24,000 bases of DNA, from contig CAKSQP010000005.1 in NCBI GenBank assembly GCA_934486965.1, forward strand, positions 9,638 to 33,637, in the 5' to 3' direction. Below, piece after piece: positions 16,304-24,000 of this stretch. A program made the translations under genes and the position numbers. The stretch comes from an uncultured Eubacteriales bacterium. GTDB lineage: Bacteria > Bacillota > Clostridia > Oscillospirales > UBA644. The notes beneath the pieces were generated by a model. That model was not told the origin of the DNA. It did no database searches and saw only the letters and a program-made list of their open reading frames with translations. Numbering within the stretch: the first letter of the stretch is position 1; each line of letters opens with the position of its first letter.

Positions 16304-17308
16304 ATGGAAAAACTCATAGACGTAAGCGACACTTCCTCTCTCGGAGCGGTATTCGGGGAATACGACGGAAATATGAGAGCCGTCGAAGAGGAATTCGGCG
16401 TAAAGGTGATAACCCGCGATTCCGCCGTTAAAATAAGCGGCGACGACGAAGAAAGCGTAGAAAAAGCGCAGAAAGTCATCGAGGGTCTTTTCAGGCTTGC
16501 AAAAAAAGGCGACGCAATAAACACGCAGAACGTTTCTTACGCGATTTCCCTTGTCAAAGAGGGAAACGAAACGCCTATCGACGAAATAGGCGGGGACTGT
16601 ATCTGCATTACGGCAAAGGGAAAGCCGATAAAGCCGAAAACTCTGGGGCAGAAGGAATATATAAAGAGTATCCGCGAAAACTCGGTGACGGTAGGCGTAG
16701 GGCCTGCGGGAACGGGGAAAACATATCTTGCGGTCGCGATGGCTGTCACGGCATTGAGAAACAAGCAGGTAAGCCGAATTGTCATAACGCGTCCCGCAGT
16801 CGAAGCGGGCGAAAAACTCGGGTTTCTTCCGGGAGATCTGCAAAACAAAGTCGACCCGTATCTCCGTCCTCTGCACGACGCGCTTTTCGATATGCTCGGA
16901 GTTGAAACATATCAGAGATACGTCGAAAAGAACGTTATCGAGGTCGCTCCCCTTGCGTATATGAGAGGGCGGACGCTCGACGATTCCTTTATAATCCTTG
17001 ACGAGGCGCAGAACACCACCGTCGAGCAGATGAAAATGTTCCTTACCCGAATGGGGTTCCGTTCGAAGATAGTCGTCACGGGAGACATCACGCAGATAGA
17101 CCTGCCGTCCGACAAAAAAAGCGGGCTTAAGGACGCAATTTCGGTCTTACAGGGTATCGACGATATAAATATATGCACTCTCACGCATAAGGACGTCGTA
17201 AGACACCAACTCGTTCAGAAAATAATTCAGGCTTACGAAAAAGCAGAGGCGAAAAAGGAAGCGAGACTTGCCGATGAAAAGAAAAGATATTATAGAAATA
17301 ATAAATGA
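16304..17308 (+). CDS. phoH: PhoH-family ATPase with an N-terminal KH-like domain
   Basis: This 334-aa protein has Walker A GPAGTGKTYLAVA, Walker B FIILDEAQN and VVTGDITQIDLP. An AAGGAG RBS is present. Confidence 0.92.
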   Translation: MEKLIDVSDTSSLGAVFGEYDGNMRAVEEEFGVKVITRDSAVKISGDDEESVEKAQKVIEGLFRLAKKGDAINTQNVSYAISLVKEGNETPIDEIGGDCICITAKGKPIKPKTLGQKEYIKSIRENSVTVGVGPAGTGKTYLAVAMAVTALRNKQVSRIVITRPAVEAGEKLGFLPGDLQNKVDPYLRPLHDALFDMLGVETYQRYVEKNVIEVAPLAYMRGRTLDDSFIILDEAQNTTVEQMKMFLTRMGFRSKIVVTGDITQIDLPSDKKSGLKDAISVLQGIDDINICTLTHKDVVRHQLVQKIIQAYEKAEAKKEARLADEKKRYYRNNK

Positions 17309-17738
17309 ACAGACCGAAATAAAGGGTGTTATAAACGAGACGAAAAAGACCGTAAGGGAAGTCGTTTCGGCGGTTCTCGAAAGCGAACACGAAAACGACG
17401 GAGCGTCGGTGAGCGTTACGTTTGTCGATAACGAAAGAATAAGAGAACTCAACCGCGAATTCAGGAATATAGACAGAGCGACCGACGTGCTTTCATTCCC
17501 TGCGGACGAGCCCATTGTCGGGGGCAAGGGGCGTTTTCTCGGAGATATTGCTCTTTCCCTTGAAAGAGCGAAAACACAGAGCGAAGAATACGGACATTCT
17601 TTCAGAAGAGAAGTCGCGTTTCTGACCGCACATTCGGTCCTTCACCTTTTAGGTTACGACCATATAGTTCCCGACGAAGAAAAAGAGATGTTCGCAAAAC
17701 AGGAAAAAGTACTTTCCGATATGGGAATAACAAGATGA
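17274..17738 (+). CDS. ybeY: Endoribonuclease YbeY (rRNA maturation factor)
   Basis: The zinc motif HSVLHLLGYDH and the TDVLSFP block are present. The track ORF starts at a TTG (17268). I prefer ATG 17274, which has AAGGAAG upstream. Either start overlaps the phoH 3' end by 35-41 nt. Confidence 0.88.
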   Translation: MKRKDIIEIINEQTEIKGVINETKKTVREVVSAVLESEHENDGASVSVTFVDNERIRELNREFRNIDRATDVLSFPADEPIVGGKGRFLGDIALSLERAKTQSEEYGHSFRREVAFLTAHSVLHLLGYDHIVPDEEKEMFAKQEKVLSDMGITR

Positions 17739-18193
17739 AAGCGCTGATAAAAAGTTTCGGATACGCTTTCCGCGGTATATTTTCGGCGTTTGCCGAGCGG
17801 AATTTCAGAATTGACACTGTCGCCGCGGTCGCCGTTTCGGTTTTTGCCTGTCTTTACGGCGTTTCGAAAACCGAATGGGTCGTTTTGTTCATTATTTTTG
17901 CCGCGGTACTTTCCGCCGAGATATTCAACACCTCGCTCGAAAGGCTTTGCGACACGGTGACAAAAGAAAAATGCGAGGGAATAAAAAAAGCAAAGGACCT
18001 TGCGGCGGGAGCCGTCCTTATAAAGGCTTTGTTTGCCGTGCTTTCGGCGGTATTTATTTTTTCGGACGCCGAAAAACTCGGACGTGCTTTTTCGGCAATT
18101 CTGGCGCCGACAGGACTTATAATCACGGTAATATTCATTGCCGCCGCGATAATTTTTATATTTTTACCCGAAAAAAGAAAAGGAAGTAAATAG
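17735..18193 (+). CDS. dgkA: Diacylglycerol/undecaprenol kinase (DgkA family)
   Basis: This 152-aa three-TM protein has SFGYAFRGI and AEIFNTSLERLCD blocks. It overlaps ybeY through ATGA. Confidence 0.85.
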   Translation: MKALIKSFGYAFRGIFSAFAERNFRIDTVAAVAVSVFACLYGVSKTEWVVLFIIFAAVLSAEIFNTSLERLCDTVTKEKCEGIKKAKDLAAGAVLIKALFAVLSAVFIFSDAEKLGRAFSAILAPTGLIITVIFIAAAIIFIFLPEKRKGSK

Positions 18194-19069
18194 ATGAAAT
18201 CAGGATTTATAACCATCATAGGCAGACCGAACGTCGGCAAAAGCACTCTTCTCAACGCGATAATCGGCGAAAAAATTTCGATAGTTTCCTCAAAACCGCA
18301 AACGACGCGCGGCAAAATCACGGGAATTTACAACCGCGAAAATTTACAACTTGTTTTTATAGACACCCCCGGCGTACATAAGCCGAAAAACAAACTCGGA
18401 GAAAAGATGATAAGGGACGTAAACGAAGCGGTGGACGGAGTCGACTGCGCGGTCCTCGTCGTCGAACCGAGAAGTCCCGGCAAAACGGAAAAGGAACTTA
18501 TAACGCGTTTCAAAAACGACGGAGTTCCCCTTATTCTCGTTATAAACAAGACCGATTCGGTAAAAAAGGACTATGTTGCAAAAGCGATCATAGAATATTC
18601 CGAACTTGCGGACTTTGCGGCGGTAGTACCTTTAAGCGCTTTGAAAAAGGACAACATCTCGCCGCTTATCGACGAAATAACAAAGTTTGCGCACGGCGAC
18701 ACCGCCTACTACCCCGACGATATTTCGACCGACAGAACCGAAAGACAGCTTGTTTCCGAAATTTTAAGGGAAAAACTTATACGCAGGCTCGACGACGAAG
18801 TTCCGCACGGAATAAATATCGAAATAGACTCCTTTAAGGAAAGGGAGGACAAGCCTCTCGTCGAAATAATGGCGACTGTCGTCTGCGAAAGAAGTTCGCA
18901 CAAAGGCATAATCATAGGCAAAAACGGCGAAGGCATAAAAAAGGCCGCGACCGCCGCAAGAGAAGACATGGAAAAACTTCTCGGCAAAAAAGTATATCTT
19001 GAATGTTTTGTCAAAGTAAAAGAAGGCTGGAGGGACGACGAAAAATACATCGCCGAAAATGAACAGTAA
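18194..19069 (+). CDS. era: GTPase Era
   Basis: This 291-aa protein has G1 GRPNVGKST, G3 DTPG, G4 NKTD and a C-terminal KH domain (IIIGKNGEGIK). Its start codon directly follows the dgkA stop. Confidence 0.95.
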   Translation: MKSGFITIIGRPNVGKSTLLNAIIGEKISIVSSKPQTTRGKITGIYNRENLQLVFIDTPGVHKPKNKLGEKMIRDVNEAVDGVDCAVLVVEPRSPGKTEKELITRFKNDGVPLILVINKTDSVKKDYVAKAIIEYSELADFAAVVPLSALKKDNISPLIDEITKFAHGDTAYYPDDISTDRTERQLVSEILREKLIRRLDDEVPHGINIEIDSFKEREDKPLVEIMATVVCERSSHKGIIIGKNGEGIKKAATAAREDMEKLLGKKVYLECFVKVKEGWRDDEKYIAENEQ

Positions 19070-19844
19070 AATTGACGCAATCGTATTAAAATCCGCTCCG
19101 TACAAGGAAAACGACCTTATCCTCTCCCTGCTCTCTTCGAATTCGGGGAGAATCGACGCGCTGGTCAGGGGCGTGAAAAAAAGCCGCCGTTCGGTGATTT
19201 TCACACAGCCGTTTTCCTATTCGGAATTCGATCTTTACCGTTCCGGAAAACAGGGGCTGTATATCGTAGACACGGCAGAACCGAAAGAGAACTTCTACGA
19301 ACTCAGGGAAGACCTTTCGGCGCTTTCGCTTGCCCAATATTTCGCGGAAGTCTGTATGTATCTTCCGAAAGAATCGCTTTCGGGCGACGAATTCATGTTT
19401 CTTCGGCTGCTTCTCAATTCCCTTTACGTTCTTTGCAAAAAAAAGGAAATCTCCCCCCTCGCCGTAAAAATGGTCTTTGAACTCAAATTCGCGAAATATC
19501 AGGGGTTTGAGCCCGATTTTTCGGAATGTTGTGGCTGCGGCAAGGACGAGGGCGACATCTGGATCTTCGACCGCGGGATATACTGTAAAGACTGCGGAAA
19601 AGACCGTTCGGGCTATAAGATAAACGACACGGTACGGAAGATAGTCACCCACATTCTCTCGACAGACAATCTCGGCGCTTATGCCGTTTTTGCCGACGAA
19701 AAAATTCTCTCTTATGTCGGCAGTCTGACCGAAAAATACCTTGAGTTCGTAACCGAACGCAGTTATCAGTCCCTCGACTGTTTCAGGCAGATAAGGGACA
19801 TTGAGACACTCGTCTCGAAAGGAAACGACAAAAATAATGAATGA
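19059..19844 (+). CDS. recO: DNA repair protein RecO
   Basis: This 261-aa protein has an N-terminal OB-fold pattern (DAIVLKSAPYKENDLILSLLS) and a C4 zinc finger (CCGCG...CKDCG). It overlaps era by 11 nt. Confidence 0.9.
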   Translation: MNSKIDAIVLKSAPYKENDLILSLLSSNSGRIDALVRGVKKSRRSVIFTQPFSYSEFDLYRSGKQGLYIVDTAEPKENFYELREDLSALSLAQYFAEVCMYLPKESLSGDEFMFLRLLLNSLYVLCKKKEISPLAVKMVFELKFAKYQGFEPDFSECCGCGKDEGDIWIFDRGIYCKDCGKDRSGYKINDTVRKIVTHILSTDNLGAYAVFADEKILSYVGSLTEKYLEFVTERSYQSLDCFRQIRDIETLVSKGNDKNNE

Positions 19845-22191
19845 AATAAAAACTCTCGAACTTGATAAAATACTGCTGTTACTTTCCGACTGTTGCATAT
19901 CTCCCTCCGCGAAAAAAGCGGCGGAGGAAACAAAACCCTTTGATTCGGCGGAAAAATGCAGACAGGCGCTCCGCGAAACCGACGAGGCTTTCATTTTGTA
20001 TAAAAAATACTCCGCTCCCTCTTTTTCGGGAATAACCGACGTTTCGGAAAGCGTTAAAAAAGCGGAAAGAGGCGCGGTTTTGTCGATAGGCGAATTCTTA
20101 AAAATCGCAAGACTTCTCCGCACCGCAAGGCTTCTCGAAGAATATCTTCAAAACCACGCGGAAGACGGACTCATAAAGGGCTATCTGCCGAAATTTTCGT
20201 CGAACAGATATCTTGAAGACAAAATTTTCACCGATTTTCCGTCGGAAGAAGAAGTTTCGGACAGGGCGTCGTCGCGGCTTCACGAGATAAGAAGAAAAAC
20301 GGCGCAGGCGAAGAACAAAATACGTTCGTCGCTCGAAAGTTATATCAAATCGCCGAATTATCAGAAATATTTGCAGGATAACATCGTCACGATAAGAAAC
20401 GACCGATTCGTTATCCCCGTCAAGGCGGAAAACAAAAACGAAATTCCGGGGCTTGTCCACGACACCTCGGCAAGCGGCTCGACAGTCTTTATTGAGCCGA
20501 TGAGCGTCGTTTCGGCAAACAACGACCTCTCGCTTTTAGCGTCGGAGGAAAAGCACGAAATAGAAGCAATTCTGGCTTCCCTTTCGGAGGAAATTTCGGG
20601 CTTTACCGACAGAATAAGACAGAGTTATTTCCTTGCGGTCTATTTCGACCTGCTTTTTGCAAAAGCAAAACTCGCGGACAAGATGTCGGCGGTGCTTCCC
20701 GAAATAAACGAAGACGGAATAATCCGCCTTTCAAGGGCAAGACACCCGCTTATAGACAAAAATACCGTTGTCCCGACCGATATTTCGCTCGGCGAAAAAT
20801 ATTCGGTTCTGATGATAACGGGACCGAATACGGGAGGCAAAACCGTAACGTTAAAAACTGCGGGACTTCTCTGCCTCATGGCGAAATGCGGACTTTTCAT
20901 TCCCGCAAAAGAGGGCAGTACCGTTGCGTTTTTCGATAAAATTTATGCGGATATCGGCGACGAACAGTCGATAGAACAGTCCCTTTCGACTTTTTCTTCG
21001 CACATGTCGAACATCATAAAAATAATCGGCGGCGCGGACGGCAATTCGCTTATTCTTCTCGACGAACTCGGCGGCGGAACAGACCCCGCGGAGGGCGCGG
21101 CGCTTGCCGTTTCGATAATAAAAACACTGATGGACAGAGGTGCGAAAATAGCGGCGACGACGCACTATCCCGAACTCAAACTTTTCGCCATTCACACCGA
21201 CGGCGTCGAAAACGCCTCCTGCGAATTCGACCTTGCGACATTAAAGCCGACCTATAAACTCGTTACGGGGCTCCCCGGAAAATCGAACGCCTTTGCCATC
21301 GCCGCAAGGCTCGGTATGCCCGAAAACATAATTACCGACGCGAAAGAGCAGATATCCTCCGATACGGTAAGGGTCGAAACGGTGCTTGCAGACCTTGAGA
21401 TAAGCCGCAGAGAAATCGAAGAAAACGAAAAAACGGCGGCAAACAAGTTAAAGGAAGCGGAAGAATATTGCGAAAAACTGCGTATTGACGCCGAAAATGC
21501 GAAGAAAAACGCCGAAAAAGAGGCGGAGAACGCTCTGAAAAAAGCGCAGGCGCTTTGGGAAAAGACCGTGACCGAAAGCGAATTTATCCTCGACGAACTC
21601 GAAGAAGTAAGACGGGAAAAAGACAAAAAGAATTTCAAAGAAAAACTCGACAAAGCAAGAAAAGATTACGAAGAAAAATCGAAAATAGAAGAAAAACTGC
21701 GGCCGCAGGCGAAAAAACCGATAGACAGACCTCTTGCAAAGGGCGACACGGTAAAGATAGTTTCTCTCGGAAAAGAAGCGACCGTCCTTTCCCCTGCCGA
21801 TAAAAAGGGTTATGTCGAATTGCAAGCGGGAATAATCCGCACGAAAGTAAAACTTTCCGACCTTGAACTTTGCGAAAAGCCGAAAGTAAAGACCGATTTC
21901 AAACCCGTTCCGACGCCCTCGGTAAAAACCGAAAGAGGTTCGAGACAGGTTTCACGCGAACTTGACATCAGAGGCGAAAATCTGCTCGACGCCGAGCCTA
22001 TCGTCGAAGATTTCATTCACAACTGCTACCTTTCGGGGCTTAAAACGGTAAGCATTATTCACGGAAAAGGCACGGGAGTTTTGCGGCAGGGGGTTCACTC
22101 GATGTTAAAGAGAAACCCGCTTGTCGAAGAGTACCGTCTCGGCACATTCGGAGAAGGAGAAGCAGGCGTAACGATAGTCACGCTTAAATAA
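19837..22191 (+). CDS. mutS2: Endonuclease MutS2 (MutS domain plus C-terminal Smr domain)
   Basis: The protein has Walker A GPNTGGKT, LLDELGGGTDP, a K/E-rich coiled coil and a C-terminal Smr domain (LDIRGENL...IIHGKGTGVLR). I placed the start at ATG 19837 (MNEIKTLELDKI), which overlaps the recO stop (ATGAATGA). The track start at 19801 is an upstream TTG inside recO. Confidence 0.93.
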   Translation: MNEIKTLELDKILLLLSDCCISPSAKKAAEETKPFDSAEKCRQALRETDEAFILYKKYSAPSFSGITDVSESVKKAERGAVLSIGEFLKIARLLRTARLLEEYLQNHAEDGLIKGYLPKFSSNRYLEDKIFTDFPSEEEVSDRASSRLHEIRRKTAQAKNKIRSSLESYIKSPNYQKYLQDNIVTIRNDRFVIPVKAENKNEIPGLVHDTSASGSTVFIEPMSVVSANNDLSLLASEEKHEIEAILASLSEEISGFTDRIRQSYFLAVYFDLLFAKAKLADKMSAVLPEINEDGIIRLSRARHPLIDKNTVVPTDISLGEKYSVLMITGPNTGGKTVTLKTAGLLCLMAKCGLFIPAKEGSTVAFFDKIYADIGDEQSIEQSLSTFSSHMSNIIKIIGGADGNSLILLDELGGGTDPAEGAALAVSIIKTLMDRGAKIAATTHYPELKLFAIHTDGVENASCEFDLATLKPTYKLVTGLPGKSNAFAIAARLGMPENIITDAKEQISSDTVRVETVLADLEISRREIEENEKTAANKLKEAEEYCEKLRIDAENAKKNAEKEAENALKKAQALWEKTVTESEFILDELEEVRREKDKKNFKEKLDKARKDYEEKSKIEEKLRPQAKKPIDRPLAKGDTVKIVSLGKEATVLSPADKKGYVELQAGIIRTKVKLSDLELCEKPKVKTDFKPVPTPSVKTERGSRQVSRELDIRGENLLDAEPIVEDFIHNCYLSGLKTVSIIHGKGTGVLRQGVHSMLKRNPLVEEYRLGTFGEGEAGVTIVTLK

Positions 22192-22193
22192 AA

Positions 22194-23201
22194 ATGAGTC
22201 TTGAATTCTTAAAAAACGACATTGCGGAAAAAAGTTTCCGCAAAATATATCTGATAACGGGAAACGAACCGTATCTTAAAGAGCATTGGCTTTCATCTCT
22301 GAAAAAGGCGGTGCTTCCCGAAGGGAACGATTTCGACCTGATAACCGCGGACGGGAAAAACCTTTCAACGGAAGAGTTTACCGAAAACGTCCGTTCCCTG
22401 CCGCTCGTTTCGGCAAAAAAACTCTATATAATAACCGACCTGCCGATTTCGTCGCCCGTCGTTTCTCTTCTTTCGAAAGAAGAGGGGCTTTTATCGGACG
22501 AAATGTGCCTTGTTATCTACTGCGACGTCGAAAAATACGACAAGCGCACGGCGGAATATAAGGCTTTCGAAAAATTCGTCAAGGCAAACGGGCTTTCGGT
22601 CGTCTGCGACATTCCCGCCGAAAGCGAACTCATACGTTGGGTATCGGGGTACTTCGCAAAACACGGGTTTACGGTTTCGCGGCAGACAGCCGAATATTTC
22701 GTAAAAAACGTACCCGCCGATATGTTTCTTCTGAAAAACGAAATGGACAAACTCCTTTTCTACAAAGAAGATGAAAAGACCGTTTCTCAGGCGGATATCG
22801 ACCTGCTTTCGACGAAAAGTTACGACGCGAAAAGTTATGAGATGACGAACGCGATATTCTCGAAAAACTGCGACGCCGCATACGATATCTGCAAAAAAAT
22901 GCTTGCGATGAACACCTATCCGCTTATCCTGCTTTATTCGATAGAAAATGCGGTCGCGACGGTAGCGAAAACGAAAATATTGCTCGAAGAGAGAAAAACA
23001 CAGAGCGAAATAGGCAAAATAATGGGAACAAAGGAATACCCGACGCAGAAAAACTGCGAGATCGCGCGCCGACTGTCGGACGGGCAGATAAACGCGCTGC
23101 TTGAATGTTGTATCGCCGCCGACATCTCCTCAAAAAGCACCGCCGTTTCAACGGAGGATTCGGTCTACCGCCTGATCGCGGAATGTGTTTCGAAACTATG
23201 A
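22194..23201 (+). CDS. holA: DNA polymerase III delta subunit
   Basis: This 335-aa protein has the family-typical N-terminus (YLITGNEPYLKE) and HolA length and helical C-terminal domains. It begins 2 nt after the mutS2 stop. Confidence 0.85.
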   Translation: MSLEFLKNDIAEKSFRKIYLITGNEPYLKEHWLSSLKKAVLPEGNDFDLITADGKNLSTEEFTENVRSLPLVSAKKLYIITDLPISSPVVSLLSKEEGLLSDEMCLVIYCDVEKYDKRTAEYKAFEKFVKANGLSVVCDIPAESELIRWVSGYFAKHGFTVSRQTAEYFVKNVPADMFLLKNEMDKLLFYKEDEKTVSQADIDLLSTKSYDAKSYEMTNAIFSKNCDAAYDICKKMLAMNTYPLILLYSIENAVATVAKTKILLEERKTQSEIGKIMGTKEYPTQKNCEIARRLSDGQINALLECCIAADISSKSTAVSTEDSVYRLIAECVSKL

Positions 23202-23770
23202 GAATAAACGAAGTCATAATCGCCGAGGGCAAATACGACGAGACCGCAATAAAACAGGTCTGCGACGCGACCGTCATTACGACGCGTGGGTTCCGTATCT
23301 TTAAGGACGCCGAACTGCGGCACTGGATAAGGGATATCGCAAAAAAGCGCGGGATAATCGTCCTTACCGACAGCGACGGCGCTGGCTTTAAGATACGGCA
23401 GTATATCGAAAGTTTCGTCGACAAAAAATATATAAAGAACGCCTATATCCCGACAATTGAGGGAAAAGAAAGCCGCAAGGAAAAACCGTCGGCGGAAGGA
23501 CTTCTCGGCGTTGAGGGCGTTCCGAAAGACGCGATTCGCGCGGCTCTCGAAAAGGCGGGGGCGACTTCCTCAGACGACATTGGGGAAAAGATAACAAAAA
23601 CGGACCTTTACGCGGCGGGTATTTACGGAAACGACAACTGCGTCGAAAAGAAAAGAGAGTTGCTTTCCCGCCTTGCGCTTCCTCTGCGCCTTTCGAACAC
23701 GAAACTTGTCGAAGCGCTCAATATGACGGTCACAAAAGCGGAATTTGAACAGTTGGTCAAGGAACTTTGA
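23198..23770 (+). CDS. Toprim-domain protein, ribonuclease M5-like (RnmV/DUF4093 family)
   Basis: This 190-aa protein is collinear with B. subtilis RNase M5 blocks (INEVIIAEGKYDETAIK, GIIVLTDSDGAGFKIR, LLGVEGVPKDAIRAALE). I placed the start at ATG 23198, which overlaps the holA stop (ATGA). The track's upstream extension lies inside holA. Confidence 0.8.
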   Translation: MRINEVIIAEGKYDETAIKQVCDATVITTRGFRIFKDAELRHWIRDIAKKRGIIVLTDSDGAGFKIRQYIESFVDKKYIKNAYIPTIEGKESRKEKPSAEGLLGVEGVPKDAIRAALEKAGATSSDDIGEKITKTDLYAAGIYGNDNCVEKKRELLSRLALPLRLSNTKLVEALNMTVTKAEFEQLVKEL

Positions 23771-23787
23771 AATTATTGAAAAAAGCC

Positions 23788-23816
23788 TTGACAGCCGCTT
23801 TTTGCGGTAATAAAAT
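23788..23816 (+). promoter_or_regulatory. Putative promoter for typA
   Basis: TTGACA (23788-23793), a 17-nt spacer and TAAAAT (23811-23816). A GGAAGGA RBS lies at about 23846-23852. Confidence 0.55.
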
Positions 23817-23859
23817 AATTAAGTTGGATAAATCTTAGTATAAGGGAAGGAAAATCACC

Positions 23860-24000
23860 TTGATCTGTAAAAATTTAAGGAACGTCGCGATAATCGCGCA
23901 CGTTGACCACGGCAAGACGACGCTCGTCGACGAAATGCTCAAACAGAGCGGCGTTTTCAGAGAAAATCAGGTCGTAAACGACAGAGTTATGGACTCGAAC
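23860..24000 (+). CDS. typA: Translational GTPase TypA/BipA, N-terminal 47 codons (3' end lies outside the window)
   Basis: This ORF is not in the supplied track. It has a TTG start with an RBS 8 nt upstream. The translation (M)[46 protein letters not shown] matches the TypA N-terminal G1 region. LepA and EF-G were considered less likely because of the RVMDSN block. Confidence 0.85.
   Translation, partial: MICKNLRNVAIIAHVDHGKTTLVDEMLKQSGVFRENQVVNDRVMDSN

Noticed and set aside
15565-16524. A 319-aa minus-strand ORF antisense to yqfD and phoH. The 245-aa ORF at 15120-15857 is a similar case.
   Set aside because: There is no RBS or domain signal, and the composition is F/R/S-rich as expected for antisense frames. 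The opposite strand carries confidently assigned genes.
19086-20123. A 345-aa minus-strand ORF antisense to recO and mutS2.
   Set aside because: The same shadow-ORF reasoning applies. The sense-strand genes have clear motifs (the RecO zinc finger and the MutS2 N-terminus).
21400-21720. A K/E-rich low-complexity stretch inside mutS2.
   Set aside because: This is the normal coiled-coil linker between the MutS2 ATPase and the KOW/Smr region. It is not an insertion or a repeat element.
1-24000. A whole-window scan for CRISPR repeats, tRNA or rRNA genes, IS or transposase genes, integrases, phage genes, toxin-antitoxin pairs and defence islands.
   Set aside because: None was seen. Every ORF longer than 70 aa that is not an antisense shadow has a housekeeping or conserved-family assignment, and the intergenic gaps are too short to hold such elements.

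Overview
This window looks like a densely coded core-chromosome region, with about 25 CDS, very short intergenic gaps and standard stop codons. The host is probably an anaerobic, endospore-forming Firmicute of Clostridia type. That inference rests on yqfC/yqfD sporulation genes, rubrerythrin, a C_GCAxxG_C_C protein and the Bacillus-like order yqfC-yqfD-phoH-ybeY-dgkA-era-recO.

Strand blocks:
- Plus strand, 1-4904: alr (3' part), a fused MacB-type ABC transporter, a membrane protein and rubrerythrin.
- Minus strand, 4994-10827: AI-2E transporter, VanY-like peptidase, DtxR-family regulator, Mrp/NBP35 ATPase and C_GCAxxG_C_C protein, then purA and a CYTH protein.
- Plus strand, 10926-12230: a peptidase-S11-like protein.
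- Minus strand, 12263-13741: a UPF0371/DUF1846 protein.
- Plus strand, 13914-24000: alpha/beta-hydrolase-fold protein, yqfC, yqfD, phoH, ybeY, dgkA, era, recO, mutS2, holA, an RNase M5-like Toprim protein and the start of typA.

I found no tRNA or rRNA genes, CRISPR arrays, transposases, integrases, phage genes or recognisable defence or toxin-antitoxin modules. No intergenic region is long enough (maximum about 170 nt) to hide a sizeable RNA gene. I therefore do not see convincing evidence for a new multi-gene system.

The best leads are modest:
- Two membrane-anchored envelope proteins appear to have lost their catalytic nucleophiles. One is an S11 DD-carboxypeptidase homolog with all three active-site motifs substituted. 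The other is an alpha/beta hydrolase with Gly at the nucleophile position.
- A translationally coupled dtxR-mrp-C_GCAxxG trio converges on rubrerythrin.
- A MacB-type ABC fusion carries an unusually large extracytoplasmic insert.
- A conserved protein of unknown function (DUF1846) sits in its own transcription unit.

All family assignments come from reading motifs by eye. No database search was run.
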